In this document: positions 29,783 to 32,000 of the stretch, piece after piece
How the letters are laid out: each line of letters begins with the position of its first letter
Numbering within the stretch: the first letter of the stretch is position 1
Source: Acinetobacter wanghuae
GTDB lineage: Bacteria > Pseudomonadota > Gammaproteobacteria > Pseudomonadales > Moraxellaceae
Reading direction: 5' to 3'
Assembly: GCF_009557235.1 (NCBI RefSeq)
Contig: NZ_CP045650.1
Coordinates: forward strand, 1,860,001-1,892,000
Length of the DNA: 32,000 nt
Notes under the pieces: generated by a model
What the model saw: only the letters and a program-made list of their open reading frames with translations
Database searches by the model: none
What the model was told of the DNA's origin: nothing
Made by a program: the position numbers and the translations under genes

Positions 29783-30440
29783 CACTCAACAATTCCTCTA
29801 TAAATATATTTAGACTAGCTTGCGTATATCCCAGTTTTTCTTCAAATTCATTAATTTCATCTAAATTAAGCATTTTATTGATTATCAGAGCCCTAGATTC
29901 TTCCAACAACTCAAACAGTTCAATCCGAATGCTTTCATCCCTATCTACGCCAGGTCTTATATATGCAATTAGTCTAGCAATACTGTCCTGAAGTAGATGG
30001 TACTCTTCTATAGAATTAAATGTATAAGACTCTAAATTATTATCTTGAATATTAAATTTAATTTGACTAAGAAATAGTAAAGCTTTCGATGATACATCAG
30101 AAATTAATCCACGTAATTCTTCAGTTTTTTTATGTTTATAGATAATATTTAATTCATCTATCTTAAGCTTACTTTGTACCTCAATTAATTTTGTATTCGA
30201 TTCAATTTGAGCTTCTGTTGATTTTTTAACGATGTATATAGTTATTAAGAATCCAATAAAACTTATAAATGCTGATGCAATAACACTTACAACAACACCC
30301 CAATCCGTTGAACTGACATTCAAATCAAGTGGTATTTTCTTTGTTTCAGGATCAACCTGAATTTGTGTCGTCACTAAAGGCTGCTGCGGCACTATCCACG
30401 GAAGTTGAATCATCACTTCATTATTATTTTGTTCAGCCAC
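29769..30440 (-). CDS. orphan single-pass membrane protein with a helical/coiled-coil C-terminal domain
   Basis: 223 aa with one TM segment (WGVVVSVIASAFISFIGFLITIYIV) followed by KK, then a long charged helical region. Very AT-rich. It has its own terminator-bounded transcription unit. Confidence 0.55.
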   Translation of the reverse strand: MAEQNNNEVMIQLPWIVPQQPLVTTQIQVDPETKKIPLDLNVSSTDWGVVVSVIASAFISFIGFLITIYIVKKSTEAQIESNTKLIEVQSKLKIDELNIIYKHKKTEELRGLISDVSSKALLFLSQIKFNIQDNNLESYTFNSIEEYHLLQDSIARLIAYIRPGVDRDESIRIELFELLEESRALIINKMLNLDEINEFEEKLGYTQASLNIFIEELLSEKAA

Positions 30441-30507
30441 AGTTTCCCCTTTTTATTTTAAATCGACTCTTTATTTACCATATTCTAAACACTTTCAAAG
30501 TATTACA

Positions 30508-30544
30508 AAAGAAAAAGCCAACTGACCATGCCTAATCAGTTGGC
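30508..30544 (-). terminator. rho-independent terminator after the amidase gene
   Basis: Stem GCCAACTGA (30517-30525) pairs with TCAGTTGGC (30536-30544). On the minus strand it is followed by TTTTTCTTTT. Confidence 0.7.
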
Positions 30545-30582
30545 AAAAGCACAACTCTACTTTTTCTAAGTGTTATTCAGAC

Positions 30583-31812
30583 TTATTTTGCGTCTTTCTT
30601 AAACTCTTTAAAGTCCGCTTTACGAATCATGGCGTGAATGCCTTTAGTTTTATCAACCACTTGTGATACTTCAAAATCAGTTGCGGCACTTAAATATGCA
30701 TACGCAATTTCTTCTGAAATACCATACTCATCTACAAGGAAACGAATTGCTTCACGTGTCGATTTTCGCATGGCTTCGTCAAGGTCTTCATCTAATCCCG
30801 GAGTGATCCAAAACTCATCATTTTCACCCAAAGGTTGGGTTAAAGATTTACCCGGAATCTTGTCACGACCTGCTTTTAATACTGAAATCTTAAAAGTCGC
30901 ACGTGCAGAACCTTCAAGCGCAGTTAAAGCAACTTCGCCATCACCTTGAACAAAATGACTATCGCCTGTATAGAACAACGCACCCGGCACTTGCACAGGA
31001 TAATAAGCCGTTGCACCTGCAGTTAAATCATTAATATCAATGTTGCCGCCATAGAACGATGGTGGAACAGAGTGCACAGCCTTGCTCGTATTTGGTGCAA
31101 CGCCCATGGTTCCCATAAATGGATTCAATGGGAAACGGATCGATTTACCTGATTCAGTTTTTAATACGCCTTCCCATACGCCATCTGCATTTTTCTCAAT
31201 TGGGGTAAAGACCGAAACATTGCCATAAGCTTCTGGGTTTGCAGGTGATGCATGATCATGTTTTTGACGCTTTGGGAACTCAGGCAATGTGCCTTTACCA
31301 TGACGGTTTGAGATCACACCATACGGCACACGCGGTTCAACTTTTAAAATCTCAACTTTTAAAATATCACCCGGCATTGCACCTTCGACATAGACGGGAC
31401 CTGTAATAATGTGTGGTCCATCTTTATGAAAATCGTGCTTGAGTTTTGAGCCGGTAATTAGTTTTGCTTCAGGTAAAATATGTTCTGCTTTAACACCTTG
31501 TGAAGTGAAATATTTTTCAGCATCACGTCCTTGATCTTCAAGTAAACCTTCATGTGAAACCGTATCAAATGTAATCGTACTACCCGCTGGAATGGTTAAT
31601 ACAGGCTTTGCGTCTTTATTTGGCAAATAACCCCAAGTAATTGTATTTAGTGTACTTGGCACATAATAATGGCATTTATATTCCCCACTTTTGAGTAAAG
31701 TTGGTTTGTTTTCAAGCTGGTTTAGGATTTTAAAATCTTCAGCTGAGGCATTTGCAGAAATAAAAGAAAAGCTGGCTGCAACAGCGAGAGACAGAGCTAA
31801 AGGTTTTAACAT
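30583..31812 (-). CDS. acetamidase/formamidase (FmdA_AmiF) family amidase with a Sec signal peptide
   Basis: Family-like blocks (GPHIITGPVYVEGAMPGD, GGNIDINDL, FYTGDSHFVQGDGEV). Starting at Met33 (31812) gives MLKPLALSLAVAASFSFISANASA/ED. The upstream extension to 31908 is probably untranslated. Confidence 0.75.
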   Translation of the reverse strand: MLKPLALSLAVAASFSFISANASAEDFKILNQLENKPTLLKSGEYKCHYYVPSTLNTITWGYLPNKDAKPVLTIPAGSTITFDTVSHEGLLEDQGRDAEKYFTSQGVKAEHILPEAKLITGSKLKHDFHKDGPHIITGPVYVEGAMPGDILKVEILKVEPRVPYGVISNRHGKGTLPEFPKRQKHDHASPANPEAYGNVSVFTPIEKNADGVWEGVLKTESGKSIRFPLNPFMGTMGVAPNTSKAVHSVPPSFYGGNIDINDLTAGATAYYPVQVPGALFYTGDSHFVQGDGEVALTALEGSARATFKISVLKAGRDKIPGKSLTQPLGENDEFWITPGLDEDLDEAMRKSTREAIRFLVDEYGISEEIAYAYLSAATDFEVSQVVDKTKGIHAMIRKADFKEFKKDAK

Positions 31813-32000
31813 ATGTTCAAATTCCATGATTTCTAATTGCATTAACATGGAAGCAATAACGATGCCAAAAACCTCACAGCTACTATCATTCGTATTTTTA
31901 TTAAACAAAAATTTAAACCGTTGATTTTACCATTTTATAAAAAAGTGATTCCTCGGGATATTTCAAAACACATTCAGTAGTTTTTACATTTACTTAAACA

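Noticed and set aside
5802-31908. Long N-terminal extensions in the ORF track for cysW (5802), dapD (11220), argO (15352), nadM (17599), purL (24949), ruvB (28666) and the amidase (31908).
   Set aside because: In each case an internal Met aligns with the family N-terminus and has better start context: ATGA coupling, an RBS or a signal peptide. The extensions are treated as untranslated rather than as novel domains.
1-32000. A search for CRISPR arrays, IS elements, transposases, integrases, rRNA and tRNA genes, and long direct or inverted repeats.
   Set aside because: None were seen by eye. The only repeated DNA is the paralogous sbp/cysP pair with its promoter box. The absence is based on visual inspection, not on a computed repeat search.

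Overview
This is a chromosomal, mostly housekeeping segment. It looks like Acinetobacter, judged from a CarO-type porin recalled from memory, the pabC-mltG-tmk gene order and moderately AT-rich DNA. No search was run.

Gene content, left to right:
- tmk (fragment), mltG, pabC.
- A sulfate-uptake cluster: two tandem sulfate-binding paralogs, an embedded YdeN-like serine hydrolase, cysT, cysW, cysA, cbl.
- A FadL-family OMP and carO.
- dapD, queE, queC, a small exported Cys protein, bcp.
- Divergent argO/argP, yceI, nadM.
- An enoyl-CoA hydratase, a nitroreductase, a COG3323/NIF3-like protein.
- A small AT-rich islet with two divergent orphan genes.
- purL, which is split by a 1-nt frameshift.
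- An M28 lipoprotein peptidase, a dgt-like gene, ruvA, a structured 237-nt spacer, ruvB.
- A second AT-rich single-gene insertion encoding a TM plus helical orphan.
- An exported FmdA-family amidase.

I saw no rRNA, tRNA, CRISPR array, transposase or integrase.

I cannot identify a convincing multi-gene novel system. The best candidates for accessory or undescribed biology are:
- the two AT-rich orphan islets (19.6-21.1 kb and 29.8-30.6 kb);
- the purL frameshift;
- the structured ruvA-ruvB spacer;
- a T9 tract early in the FadL-like OMP gene.

All functional calls rest on motif and family recognition from the translated ORFs. Nothing was checked against a database.
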